This document shows, piece after piece, positions 38,023-51,380 of a stretch of 64,000 nt of DNA. How positions within the stretch are numbered: the first letter of the stretch is position 1; the number at the start of each line of letters is the position of its first letter. The DNA is from Mantamonas sphyraenae STR306. Its lineage: Eukaryota > Protista > CRuMs. The position numbers and the translations under genes are program-made. The stretch covers positions 62,001 to 126,000 of the forward strand of contig JAPMXV010000042.1 of NCBI GenBank assembly GCA_026936335.1, read 5' to 3'. The notes beneath the pieces are model-generated. The model was not told the origin of the DNA. It saw nothing but the letters and a program-made list of their open reading frames with translations, and did not search any database.

Positions 38023-40129
38023 TGCGACACCTCTCGCCACACACTCAACATGTGCTCATGCAACCACTTGCCTGCTTCTTCCACCGTGAACCGTCGCAGA
38101 TCGAATCTCACCTCTGCAATCTGATCGTGGCCGTCTGCGTCCTTGCCGACCACTGTGGTCACACCGGCACTGCTTTGGCTCTCCTTGACGCGGGACAACG
38201 ACGACACGTCGTGCACCAGCACAACCCCCTTGGTCGCCGTCTCCTCGCTGAACCGAAACCCACGCACTGCCTGTGCCACGCTCTCCTCCGTGTCTCGTCC
38301 CAGCCTCTTGCTGCGCATCTCCAACAGCCATTCCTGCTCTTCTGCCGCTGCTCCAGCACTGCTTGCGCTGCCCAGCGACCCAGCCCTCGACCTTGTACGC
38401 GTTGCCTCCAACGGCTCCAGGCCACTCTCCCACATCTCCTCTTCGGGCGACACCGCTTCAAACAATTCGTCGTCGTCGCCTCCTTCCGACAAAAGCGCAC
38501 TGTGCCTGCTCAGAGACCCTTCCAGGGGTTCCAAGCCATCGTCGTCCTCATCGTCCTCGTTCCCCTCCTCATCGCTCTCCATCAGCAACAGGTCTGCGTT
38601 CATCAGCGTTCTGATTTTCGACGTCAGCTCGGGCACCAGATGCCCGTTCGATTCAAACTCGGCATATGAGATTTTGCCGTCGTTGTTCTCGTCCAGCTTG
38701 GTGAACACACTCTGAACCGTGTGCACCAGTTCCTCGTACTCCACCGCCTCGCCCATCGAGCCCATCAGGATTTGGTACAACTCCGACCGAGTGATGTGCC
38801 CGTCCCCGTCCAGGTCGTACACGGCAAAGAAAAATTTCATCAACTGGCCCGTTTCGTCCTGTTGCAGCACACTCAGCTGCCGCACAAAGTCCTTGAATGC
38901 AATTGTGCCCAAATCGTTCGGCTGCATCGCTCGGAAGATTCGTCCCACCAGCACGCTGTCGTCCACTCCAAACCATGCCATCAGCTCCACAAAGTCATCT
39001 TCACCCATTCGAGGGTCTTTCTTGCTGCTTCCCGCCGCACTGTGTGCACGAAACCGCCGCAGCAGCTTCTGAAGTTCTTCCACCGAAAACTCCGTTTTCC
39101 GTCCCAACTGCTGCAAAACCGCACGCATGCTCTGTTGCTTGCCCTTCCGCTTTCCTCCTCCTCCCTTTCGTGCCCCTCCACGCCGTGTCGTCGCCGACTT
39201 GCGCCTGCGTTGGTTGCTGCTCGACCCAGAGACGCTCTTGCGACGTGTTGCTGACGGTCGCCGAGCACTCAGCCGTCTTCGCGTTCCCCTTTGCCCACTC
39301 GCGTGTGTCTCCTCTCCCAAACCGGCCCCCGAGTCTTCACTGCGGCTGTGGCTGCGTGCGCGGCCGCCGCGAGGAGACGCGTTGCCCAGCAGCGACGATT
39401 CGGACGAGCCACGAGACAGGTGAAACACAGGCACCACTTCATCGATGCTGGGCAATCTGTTCAACGCCCTAGGGCTGCTGTTGGATCCGTCCGATGAGCT
39501 GCGTCGTCGTCGCACTCCGCCAGCCCACGGTCCGTTCCCGCCATCTTCCTGTACACTGCTGCGACGCTTGCCCTCCCTGCTGCTCAACGCATCGCCGCTG
39601 CTTTTGGACTTGACCATGCCCCGGTCGCCTATGGACATGCTGTTCGTGCCTCCGGTCGTCCGTGCCGGTGCTTTCGGCGCTGCTGGCGTTGAGCCGTTGC
39701 TGCCGCTGCTCGTGCGCCGTTTGCTCGGGTGTGCTGAACGCGAGCGTTTTGGCTTGGGTGAAGCCTGCTTCCATGTGTTTCCATCCCCTGTGCTGTACGG
39801 TTCACGCACGGACACGTCCAGGGAAACCGTGGGGCGAGCCCGCTGCTTTTCCGCCTCACCGTGAAGCAACTTGCCCAGCGGGTTGCCCGGTGCGTCGCAC
39901 AGCTCCAGAAAGATGTGCTGCCAAGCTTTGTTCTTCTTGCTCAGACTCACATACTCTTCCTGGGCACGTAGATGGAACACAAGCACATTCACCATGTCTG
40001 CATCCAGAATGTGCTCGTGTGCACGAAGGTAGGCAATCACAGCCACCTCCAGCCGCTCAAACTCGGCCAACTGCGCTTCCACTGCGCCCCCCTCCCCCCC
40101 CCGTGAGTCGTCTCTCCAATGTCAGTCAT
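38019..40129 (-). CDS. EF-hand calcium-binding protein (NCS/calcineurin-B-like core with long disordered N-terminus)
   Basis: YDLDGDGHITRSE and LDENNDGKISYAE loops; start inferred across a G-run indel near 40095. Confidence 0.75.
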
Positions 40130-40267
40130 GGTGGTGGTCTTTCAGCGTGTGCGTGTGTGTGTGCCAAACCCACAGTGCGCTTCCAACTCTGCGTCGTCCA
40201 TTCCTTTGCACCCTATGGCGCATGCAACTCCAACTCAAATCAAACCACACAGAGCGCACAGCGGTCC

Positions 40268-41733
40268 ATGGCCGCCTCGCTTGATACCTTTCATGACCTG
40301 CTGCAAGCCGTCAGTCCGGCGATGTTCCGCATTGTTGGCGCTGCTGGCCTTCTCAATCAGCGCGCAAAAGTTCGCCGCCGCTTTTTCCTTTTGTTCCCGC
40401 TGTTGGCCAGCGTCTCCGACATCATCCTCACCAGCGTGCAGTTTGGTGTGCCAATTCTGTCGCCTCCCGCGCTCATTTGGCTGTCCATTGGTTTCAGCTA
40501 CGTCTGTTCGTGGCGAATCGTGGACGAGGCAATTCCGTCCCTGGTGCGCGTCACAGAGCTCAACAAGGTCCACTCGCCACTTCGAGAGGCCCTGAGTTTG
40601 ACATGCTATGCTCCGTCTCGCATGGAGGTGTCCAGCAATCAGCGCAAGGGCAAGGGCAAGCGAGGCTCCGTGGGAACCCGAGTCGCGCAGGCGGAAGTCA
40701 ACACAGCCTCCTCCGTGGACAGCCAGGAACTCGACACAGTGGATGTGGAGGCACACGAGAATGTCATCGTGGTTGACAGCACCCGCAAGCATGGTGCTGT
40801 GTCCACTGAGGGGTTCCAACACGATCCACTGGCCTCGTTTGCCAAAACGTTCCGGCTCTGGGGAGCCACCGGGAACATCACCCTGTGTGTGTTCATCGTT
40901 ATCGGCTACACCTTCCAATGGTTCGCAACCTATTTCTCCGCCCAGACCTTTGATGGTTTCATACAGGTCCTGGTCTTTGGCAACATCGTCGGCGGTTGGT
41001 GTCCACCTTTCTCATCTGCGGCGCCACCTCGATGTTCACTCTCCTCACAGCCATGATGCGCAGCCAAATCAACTTTCTGCGCCATGAACTTCTGTACACG
41101 GCCACCTTGCTTGACGACGCGTCTCCTGAGTTTCGGATCCGCTGGATCCAGGCGGTTGCACGGGTCCACATGCGGCTGCGCCATCAGATTGACACCTTTT
41201 CCCTCCACATGACCAATGAGGTGTTTGGCATGGCCCTGTTGGGCCTGTCTGCAGCCGTCATCTCTGTGATTCTGGTCCTATCCGAACCGGAGTCCAACTC
41301 GCTCGTCTACTGGGCCGCCGTCTTCCTCATGATGGGTGTGGTACCCCTCATGGCCACTGCTTCAGTCACCTCCATCTGGCAGAATCTCTTCTTTGAGCTC
41401 AATCTCACCGTGGGCGCAGTGGCACACGTCCGTCCATCCAGCAGGACCATCAAACCCAGCACAAACATCTCACACACAATCTCTGGCTACCATGGCACCT
41501 TTGTTGAGGAGGACGACGTTCTTGACTGGACCATGGCTCTCGACGACGCCCAAGCCACGCGTCTGCAAAACAGCATCCTTCTCCTGGGCGTCCAGGTGCA
41601 AAACAACCGCATGGGTGCTCGCTTCTTCAACACCGAGGTCACCTACCGCCTTGTGACCCAGGTGCTCTCCCTCTCCCTCACAGCCCTTATCTTTTCTGTC
41701 CAATCCGGGTTTGGCACTTCGTCGTCGTCATGA
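40268..41733 (+). CDS. Gustatory-receptor-like 7TM protein (GRL-5), frameshift near 40996
   Basis: SPLREALS, MMRSQINFLRHE, MGARFFNTEVTYRLVTQVLSLSLTALIFSVQ. Confidence 0.6.
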
Positions 41734-41822
41734 AACGACCGCGTCCTCTCCTCTCCCTCTCCGAGCAAAACACCCAGTACACCGAGGCTGTACATTGTCA
41801 CATTGTCACATTCCCCACCTAA

Positions 41823-44678
41823 TCACACAATGCTGCTGGCAGGCTTAAACTTCTTGCGGGCCGAGCCCCCTCGTCGGAACCGCACTCCAAGGAACAACAG
41901 CACCACCAACACCACACTGCCCACGCCCACCATCATCGGATGTCCATACAGCCCTTCGGTCGCGCCCATGTCCTCGTCCTGTGTAGATCCAGTGACCCCC
42001 ACCGTCGACGTGACTCCTGGTCCACCCTTCTCGCTGCTGCCATGTCCCCCATGCTCCTCGTGCTGACCCTGGCTCTGGCTGTCAGTACCCTTCTCTCCAT
42101 CTTTGCCCTTGTCCTGTGTCGTCCTCGTATCTGAGATTACAACTTGGCCGTCGTCGCTCGGCCTTGGTGTCTCCTGCTGAGGCGTCTTGTCCTCCACGCC
42201 ACGCCTATCCATTGGCGTCTCCCGTGCCACGGGTACTTCTGCCGTAGTTGCCACGGGTGTGGATGTGGGTGTGGGTGTGGGTGTGGGTGTGGGTTGTGCC
42301 CTGGGCGTGGGCGTCACTGTTGGCGTCACCTCGACCTTGGCCATGGGCGTCGGCACAACACTTGGCGTAGCAACCGGCGTGGACACAATGGGTGATGCTA
42401 TCGGCGATGCCGATGCAGCTGGTTCGGGCGACGCCGTGGGAACCACCTTGACCTGCGGATCGGCGCCTGCGCTCTTGCGCACGCGAAACTCGTCCAGCAG
42501 CTGCGGCTTTCCTGCACGGTGCATGCCACGCGTCTTTTCCGACGCACTATCGCACGCAGACACAAGCTGGAAGTGCAGTTCGCGCAGGGTGAAGCGCAGC
42601 CGCAAGTATCCGTGCACAGCCAACCGCTTCACCGACCACGCCGGATGCTCTGTCGTCCACCAGTCGTACAGTCCGGCCCCACCCACGCCAGCCATCACGT
42701 GGATAGGCAATGCTGGATTGTCCAGCACCTGGCTGCGCCGCATCTCCTCTGTCAACCCGTCCCATACCTTGTCCTCAAACACAGGCCACGTGCGTTCGTA
42801 CGCGTGGTCGTGACCCGTGAGCACCAGATCCACTTTGTACTCCTTCAGCAAGCTCTCCATTGCCTGTCGCATGGGCGGCGGTCCCGGCCGTTTCTTGCCT
42901 GCCCGGGAGTTGGAAGAGTACATTGGCCTGTGAAACATGGCCACCGTCCACACAATGCCCGGATTGTGCTGTGTCGAACGCAACAGCCGCTTCAGCCAAT
43001 GGAACTGCCTGGACGTCGGCCGGTAGTCGTGTTCCGACGACAGAGCAATGATGCGCACAAAGCCGTAGTCGAAAAAGTACCAATTGTCCCCCTGTCGCCA
43101 CGGCATCGGATATCGGTTGCGCATGGCCAGAAAGCGGTTGTCTTCGTGGTCATGGTTGCCATAGCACACCATGTATGGCTTCCATGCTGCCAGTGGCTGC
43201 ACCAGGTTCCCGTACACATCCCACAGCGTCCCGTTGCTCTCTGCGTACGCAATGTCCCCCATGTGCAGCATCAGGTTGGCGTCGTGGTTGTCCGCCAGTG
43301 CTTTGATCACCGCACGTGCCCCACGATCGTGTCCAATGTCACCCACGGCCGTAAACAACACCTCGGGCGAAAACGCATCACTCTGCTGGTGCGCCTTCCA
43401 CAACGCCTGCGCCTGTGCTGGCTCAAGCCGTTTGTGTGCCTTGTGGTTGTTGAACGCCCGTGGGCCTGTGCTAAACATGCGCACGTCGCTCCACGCACAG
43501 TTCTTGTGCCGACGTGGCGAGCAGCCCACCTTGTAGTAGTATCGCGTCAACGGCTTCAGCTTGTGCATCGTTGCGTGGTGGATGAACCCATCCCACCCTC
43601 CTGCCCTGTATGTGTACGACACTCCCGTGCTCCTCTTCTGCATCTTTGGCTTCGTTCCCGCCGCCGGCGCCTGCCAGTACTTGACGTGGCTCACACTGGT
43701 GTTTGCAAACGTCACCCACGTGGCACCCATCATGGCCGTCGTGTGCCCAATGTTCAGGTGTACCTGCTGTGGACGCTTGTCCCACTTGTGCTTCGCCACC
43801 TGCACCTGTGGATTGTGACCTCCGCGCACAATCTTCCGCGGCGCCTTGGCTCGCGATTCCCCTTGCGAGCCCTTTGCCCTTGCCACGGTCGTTGTCTGTG
43901 CACGCTGTACCTCCCTACGCCTTTCACGCCCTCCAAGCTGTCCAGGCTGCTGTCCATGTTCGCCATTTCTTCCTCCTCCTCCCAACCGTTTCCCTGCACG
44001 TGTGGCCACCCGTCTCCGTACCCTTGGCTTCCCCACGGCTCCTCGGTCCTGCGCTTGCAACGCCGCAATCTCCGCCGCCTCCTGCCCACCTGCGTGGTTC
44101 TTTCGGTTCCTCACTCGGTTGTGGCCGCTTTTACTCCTGCTGCGGCTATTCCTGTTTCTGCTCCGGCTCCGTTCCCTGTTACTCCTCTTGCTGTGGCTGT
44201 TGCGGCGGTTGCTCGGTTCACGCCACCCGTCCTCCTCGCTCTCGTTCTCGCTTTCGCCTCCCCGTCCGCCTCGTCCTCGCCTTTGGCCGTATCCGTTGCC
44301 CTCCTCCACTTCACTCTCACTCTCGCTGCCCCATCCTCCCTGCTCGTTGTCCGATGCACTCTGGTACGGCTCCTGTCCACGTGTCAGTACAACGGGCATG
44401 CGCTTCCTCTCTGGACCAACACCCACCAACGCAATCCCACTGAGCCGCGTCACCACTCTCCACTCCGTTTGCAATCACTCCTCCTCCTCCCCCATGCCGT
44501 CCATGTGCCTTACTCTGTACGTTTCCCCGTCGCTCTCGCCTTCACTTTCGGACCCCGAAAACCCGCCTCGGTGTGCCTCCACCTCCTGACTGCACAGCAC
44601 CAGCAAACACACAAGCCACGCTGTGCATATGCCACACCACACTGTCATGCGCCTCCCTGCACTCCTCTTGGATCCCAT
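41823..44678 (-). CDS. Membrane-anchored purple acid phosphatase (intron 44373-44513)
   Basis: All five metal-ligand motifs GDIG, GDIAY, GNHD, VAMFH, GHDH; PQQVHL FN3-like domain; signal peptide; Pro/Thr stalk; C-terminal TM. Confidence 0.9.
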
Positions 44679-44809
44679 CTGTCGTCCAAGCAACCTCATG
44701 ACGTACACACGCTGCGTCTGGCAGCGCAGACCCTTGCATCCGCACATCTGATCACACATGAACAAAAGCAAAACACACAAGAAATGTTGCTCCTTCATTT
44801 GTGGATTCT

Positions 44810-46003
44810 CTAAACCACAACCAGGCCTGCCAGCAGCGTCAGCAGAGAAATACCAACCACCAGGCCTTTGGCCACGGACACCGTGCTACCCGCGCTAAAT
44901 CCAGACTCTCGGTACACGTCCGCACACTCCACATGTGGGTACTCAGACAGATCACCGCCAAAACACGTCTGCAGTCCCGGTTCGCGTGCAATGTACAGCG
45001 AATCCGAAGACACAGTCACTGCCGCGGCCTCCGTCACATTGCCGTATGCGGTGCCATCCGTCACCGCGGGGCTGCTGCCTGTGCTTGCTGATGTGTTGGA
45101 CCCACTGTTGTGGAGCAAGTGGCACGCCAAAACGCTGGGCGAAAACTCGTCCTTGATGTACGACGCGGTTCCGTTCACCGCGATCGTTGAGAAGGCACAT
45201 GTTTGCACAAACATATAGTACATCTCGGGGCAAAACACGGGCGCTTTCCACTGCGACGCCGTGGCATCGTCCGGATCCGTCGCATTGTTTGCCACCGCAA
45301 AAAGCCGCGGCAAGGACGTTTTGCTCGACACCGTTTGGCTGCTGAACTTGCTGTCCGGCATGCACGGCCACAGTACCATCTGCCTCAGCAATGCCTTGCA
45401 CTTCTGTTGGTCGTTCGCCCTAATCTGCACTCCTGTCGCGTTACCGTTGTAGGAAAACTCCCTTTGCAGAGTGGAAGGAGGGTCGCCTCCCGTCACACGA
45501 TTCACTCGGTTTACAAGTTTCTGCTGATACTCCGCGGAGCAGCAGCTGAATTCACGTTCATACGAGCACCCACTGGGGTTCAACGCCTGTTCATGTTTGT
45601 GTACGTTTGCGTATGCGTGTGTGTGTATGGTGTTTTGTCGCGTGAGTCGCCCGGTTTGTTGCCTGGGTTGTGTGATGACTTGGCGCCCGCCAAACTTACA
45701 GCTGCTGACGCTCCATCCACAGCGCAGTTTACACCGTCTACACGAACACAACGCAGAGCAGGTGTGCACGTACGCACATACACACCAACCACAGAGCGTA
45801 GGAGCAGATGCGTCGTTCCGCGAGCCGAGTGTTGAGTTTGGGGTCGAAAAGTGTCAGTTGTCGCGGATCCAGGAACAACCACTCGTCAGCCCTCCGAAAA
45901 CAAGTGGTGACGTCCACACCGGGCAAAACCCACCCTGCGCATGTGCAATGCATACACAGCACGCTGCAAAAGCCACAAGTAGCCACGTGTACGTCAATCT
46001 CAT
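44810..46003 (-). CDS. GPI-anchored Cys-rich protein, folate-receptor-like domain (5' exon structure uncertain)
   Basis: CSY..FSCC, C..LL..M...PC.P and PVFCPE Cys pattern; GPI-type hydrophobic C-terminus; signal peptide MRLTYTWLLVAFAACC at 46003. Confidence 0.5.
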
Positions 46004-46082
46004 GTGTGTGTGCAGAAGGTTTCAGGTTGATTGGATCCCGGAGCGCGGTGTGTTCCCCGTGCGAACCAATCAAACGAAAACC

Positions 46083-49000
46083 ATGAACCCGAAGCCATTG
46101 CTGCTCCCTGCAGCCCTGCTTCTTGCCTTTGTCCTGTGCATGGTCCAACCGACCATGGCACAGTCAACCTTTACCCTCGAGCAACGCTTGCGGTATAGCA
46201 TCAAGCAGATGCACAACGACAAGTATGTCAACGTGGCCATCTCTGGAAACGAAGCTCGTGTCATCGCGGGCCTGCCCTTGATCGTCACCGTCTACTCGCC
46301 CCTCGTTGTGAGGACTTCCTCACCAACTCCGATTCATATTGCACTTCGAAAACCCCCAACACGCTGCCCGTGTGGAACTTCACCCGCGGTGGAGAGCTCG
46401 TACGTTCTTCGCCGCATGTCGCCTCCTGTCCACGTTTCGGAGCCCGCCCTCCGAAAACTCGTCCCGGATCTTTGACAAAATTCCCCTCGCTTTGCTTCCC
46501 CTCTCGGCCTCCCGTAGCCCTGTGCTTCCGTCGCTCACACACCCATGCTCCCTCGATGCTGCCATCTCCATCACAGATCAAGACTGGAGGCCGATTCTTT
46601 GCCTCTGCAAGCTTCCCTAGCACCACCCTCCGCAACAGGCTGCCCCGTACCACAGACGGCCACCACCTCAACGTCACCGCTTCCTGCGTAGCCCCCGAGG
46701 ACGACGGCGAATGGGTCTTTATGCTCTGGAGCTCTTCAGAGGGCAATCTCGGTGTGACTCCCTCCCTTCTTGGCTCCCTGACCTTCAACATGCGCGTCGT
46801 CCAGCGAAGCAGTGAGTTTTGAGTTTGCCAGTCCCCGCCCAAACTCGTGTCCCGCCCCCTCTCCCGCCTCCCACGCCACACACACATCAGCTCACCTCAA
46901 TGCGCTTCCCCCCTCACCTTCCCTCTTTCTGTCTCTTCCACCACGCAGACATCCCCAAGGCTGTGTGGGGCAAGACCACAGACAGCCTCAACCAGAAGGT
47001 GGACGCAAAGCCGCCCACTGAGATCATTGTGGGCAAGTCCTTTGCCGAGCAGCCTCGCATCAAGGTCGAGCAGACATGCACTCCCAAGGCAGCTGCCACT
47101 CTGCTCGCAAATGTCTCAAAGAAAGCCTCCACCGGCGTCGGCGAGGCCTACCTCAACACCTTCCCGAAAGGAAGCGCTGGAAGCCTGCCCGCCCTCGCCG
47201 CCTGGACCAACGGCGGCCTTGACGCAGATGGACAGCTCGTGTTTCAGAACACCAAAGTGTATGGCCCCGCCGGCACCTACCGCATGGGCTTCCGTGACGC
47301 CCTCACCTGTGCCTTTGTCAACTTTGACCAGGACATGGTCATGGAGGTTGACACGGGCGGCGTCGACAACCTCATCATCATTGAGGCATCCCTCTTTGTT
47401 TTCTTCATCCTCATCTTCTCCGTCCTCCACATCATGAAGGACAAGGAGGTGGAGCGCCGACGCCTCATGGACGAGCAGGCCCTGGACAAGACAAAGTCGA
47501 CGGAGGACGACGGCCTCGACACGTCGAACTCGACGAGGACGTCTCTGTCCACAAGGGACGCATCGAAGTGGAAACATTCAGCAACGAGATCCAGGACAAC
47601 AGTGTCCAGGCCATGCCCTTTGGTTTGAAGAAGTTCTTCCGCTTCCTGTTCATGACCCCGAAGAAGGTGGAGGAAAACCAGGGCCACGACGGAGGCGCTC
47701 TCTTCCTCAAGTACGAAAACCTCGTCATGTTGGTTGTGGCCATCATCACCGTCATTTCCTGTGCTGTGTTGCTGCCTGCCTACATTGCCGGCGGCCGCTC
47801 CTACGACGACCTCACCGTTTACTCCATCGGCAACGCTGACGCAGCCGCCCAGATCTACGCTTCCATTGTGTTTGCTGTCCAGATGGCCCTGATCCTCGGC
47901 CTCAGCGTCTACGTCGGCCACATGTACCGCGTGTGGGCTCGTGTCGATGTCAGCATCAGCCCGTTCACCGTCATGGTTCCGGGTCTGCCCAAGACAGACC
48001 TCGACAACCGTCTGCTCTTTTCCCACTTTAACGAGCTCTTCCCGGGCAAGGTTGTCAGTGCACACCTTGTGTACAACCTCAAGGAACGCGTCGAAATCGA
48101 GCAGGAATACCAAAAGTGGAAGAAGAACCTGCATGGCGCCCAGCGCAGCTTCAAGCTCAAGAAGGAGAAGAAGCGACCGGTGATGAAGCATCCCGAAACC
48201 AAGGAAAAGGTCGATGCTCTCGACCTGTGCACGGAAAAGCTGGCGGAAATCGACGCCAAAAGTAACGAAACGGCCCTCAAGGTGGAGGAAGCCACGGGCC
48301 TGGGCTTTGTCTGCTTCTCCGACTTCAACACGGCCATGCTGTCCGTGTCCACGCGTCCCGTGAATCCCACTCAGTACGAGAAGCGCCTGGGTTTCTTCCT
48401 CAAGCCCCAGCCGGCCCCGGAGCCCGAAGATTTGCTTTGGGAGAACATCCAGAAGCCCGTGGGCATGGGAGCCAAACTGGGCAAGCACGTGCGCTCTTTC
48501 GCGATCACGGTCCTCCTGCTTGGCCTGTCCTCCCTCATCCTTTACGTCAACATCCTGATGGTCAACGGCGACTACGAGAACGGAGGTGTGGACACGAGCT
48601 TTTTCAGCAAGCTGGTGGCCTCGTTTGTGCCTGCCATGCTGCTGACCATCGTCAACTTTGTGTCCAACAAGCTGGTGCGCAAGATCATCGACCCTGCTCT
48701 GTGCCGCTCGCGTTCGCAATACTACAAGCGCATCCTTGGCGGCGTGTATGCCTTCCAGGTGATCAACTCGTTCATTGTGCCGACCATGTCGTACGGTCTC
48801 TACCTCAGCTCGCTGCCTGCGTGTGATCAGACGCAGCCAGGTTGTGTGGGCATCCCCAACGAGCACTACTTCACCTTCCTCCGCGTCACCATCCCGCTGT
48901 ACATGTCGATGGCCATCCAGAGTGCCCTGCGTGGCACCAGTCTGGATCTCGTGCGTCAAACGTCGCTCATCGACCGTTGGCTGGGCGTGGAGACGACCGA

Positions 49001-49794
49001 GTTCCCGGACTTTGACGTCATTGCACGCATGTCCAGCAACCTGGTCATGCTCACCGTCACCCTGTGCTACTCTGTCATTGCACCTTTTGTGCCGCTGTGT
49101 GCTCTGGGCTTTTTCCTGTTTGAGTACGTGGTGGACAAGTACCACATCCTGTTTGACCAGAACGTGTACCGATCCTACGGTGGCGTGTTGGGCGCCACAG
49201 CCGAGATCCTGTACAACCTGGTGGGTTTGGCCTCATTCGGCACCATGCTGTTCGGCGTCACCGCCAACTCGGTGCCTCTGTTTGTCACTGCCCTCATCAT
49301 CATGCTGGTCACGCTGGGCATCACCGTGCTGCGACTCATGATCTCCACCCTCAAGTTCCTGTGCTCGTGCAGCCGCTCGCCGTACAGCTTCCGCGAGAGG
49401 AACAAGCTGATCAACATGTTTGGTGGACGCCAGCTGACCGAAGAGGAGATGGAGCGTGCGCGCTTTGCCTACCAGAGCCCGTACATTGCCAAGGTGCGCG
49501 AGCAGCGCGAGAAGGAGATGGCAAACGCGCAGGCGGCTGCCCCGGCCGTGGCCGAGAACACTGTGGACAGCACCAGTGCCAAGGACGACAACGACGAGCA
49601 GGTGGAAGCCAGCAACGTCGAGGTCAAGGTGGAGGGCGACAAGGCCAACCCTGTCACTGTGGAGGAGAAGGAGGACAAGGGCACCGACGCCGAGGAGGTG
49701 GAGGTGGAGGATGACAATGGAGCTGAGCATGCGGAGGAGGAGGAAGGAGGAAGAGGAGGAAGAGGTCGACGAAGCTGAGGAGAAGGAGGAGTAG
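46083..49794 (+). CDS. OSCA/TMEM63/CSC1-like mechanosensitive channel with extra N-terminal ectodomain (2 introns, about 3 frameshifts)
   Basis: DGGALFLKY, FTVMVPGLP, FNELFPGKVVSAHLVY, TGLGFVCF, PAPEPEDLLWENI, YSVIAP..P, VDKYHI. Confidence 0.8.
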
Positions 49795-49906
49795 GGGCAG
49801 ACGCGCTGGTGATGCCAGCCGGATTGCAAATCAAAGCCCGACCCATTTCTCCCACCCTCGCGCACACACACAGAACCCTCCTTCATACGCCGCGTTGGCA
49901 GAGTGC

Positions 49907-51354
49907 ATGGCAAACCAGAATACAGATGCAGCCGAACATTTCGAGAAGCAGATCCGCTGGCGGGATCTGGACCCGACGAAATACCTGGCGCTGAGTGCCT
50001 TTTGTACTGTGGGCATCGACCTTGTTGGGTACCCCGTCGAGCTCGTGCGCACGCGACTGCACGTACAAAACCATGTGGGTGCCCGAACGGGAGACGGGAA
50101 CTTCCGCCGAAATCCGTCAGACGGGAAAGTCCGCGCACGCTAACCCCGTTCTGGCCACACACACCAACACAGTCGCTGGCCAAGAATCCACACTCGTTCC
50201 CTCTGTACAGCAACACATGGCAGGCTCTGTTGACTGTGGGACGCATGGAGGGTGTGCGAGGCCTGTACAAAGGGTTCCTCGTCGCCGAAATTGGCGAAAT
50301 GATCAGCAATATGGCCTACTTCTCGGGCTACGAGATCCTAAAACAGGGCATGCAGGAGCACAGGAGTGCCAGTACATACACAAGTGGGTTGGCCGCCTGT
50401 AGAGACCACACATGGATGCGTGTGCATTGCGGGCGCACGTAAGAAGGTTCACCACTTGCTGACTCGCACACACACTGCCACACAGCCGCTCTGAGCACGT
50501 TTCTCGCAGGTGGTCTGGCAGAAAGCGTGTGCTGTGTCATCAATATGCCGTCCGACGTGATTGCAGCACGCATGCAAATTCAAGGGACCAACGGAGATCC
50601 ATCGTACAAAACGGCAAGATGTGAGTTACGCTGCACCACTGCGCCCCCCTTTTGATCGACCCTCTGGTCTGGAAATTCTCACGCGATTCCTGTTTGCATT
50701 TTTTTTTGACGGCTCGGATCAACACCGACCTCAGCTTCGTTTCGGGCCATCATCAAAGAGGATGGGGTGAAGGGGTTGTTTCGAGGGACAGTGGCAAGCA
50801 TGATGCGGTATGCGCCGTCGTCTGCACTGTGGTGGTCCACGTACGAGATCACCAAGGACAAGCTGCACGACCTGGACATCCGCAGCAAATTGGGATTGCC
50901 TGCGTTCAAGGCGAAGCCGCTGCTGGCTCATTCGAGCAAACATCCAAACGCACACAGTGGACATGGGCCTAAACAGACCGAGAAAAAGAAAGAAGATGAC
51001 ATGGATGCGGAAGAGGAGCAGTCGATGGCGGCAGGCGTGATGGAGTCGCTGATGGAAGAGAACGAAGTGGAAAATGAGGATCCGCTGATCCACGTGACCT
51101 CGGGCATGCTTGCGTCGCTGGTGTCCACGACACTGCTGAACCCCATCGACGTAGCACGAACACGCATTATGGTCCAGAGCAAGTCGTACCACATGCGCAA
51201 CACGTCTGTGTATTATGTGCTGTCCGAAATGATCCGCAAGGAAGGGATGATGGCATGTACAAAGGGACTGGGCGCAGCTCTGATCATCAACGTGCCCACT
51301 GCCATTGTTTCCATCACAACCTACGAGTGGATCAAAAAGATCAGCCTGCGCTGA
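49907..51354 (+). CDS. Mitochondrial carrier, SLC25A44-like (4 exons)
   Basis: IRWRDLD N-terminus, PVELVRTRL, PSDVIAARMQ, PIDVARTRI, EGVRGLYKGF, YAPSSALWW. Confidence 0.88.
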
Positions 51355-51380
51355 CACACAATGAGTGCATTTTTTCACCC

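Noticed and set aside
42255-42295. (GTGTGG)n repeat, and TCG/AGC runs elsewhere, as telomeric or CRISPR-like arrays
   Set aside because: They are coding low-complexity tracts (Pro-Thr stalk, poly-Ser) with no repeat-spacer structure
44475-44477. In-frame TGA between the signal-peptide ORF and the purple acid phosphatase ORF (readthrough or selenocysteine?)
   Set aside because: It falls inside a canonical intron 44373-44513 (GTAAGG donor, TACTGAC branch point, CAG acceptor) whose removal keeps the frame
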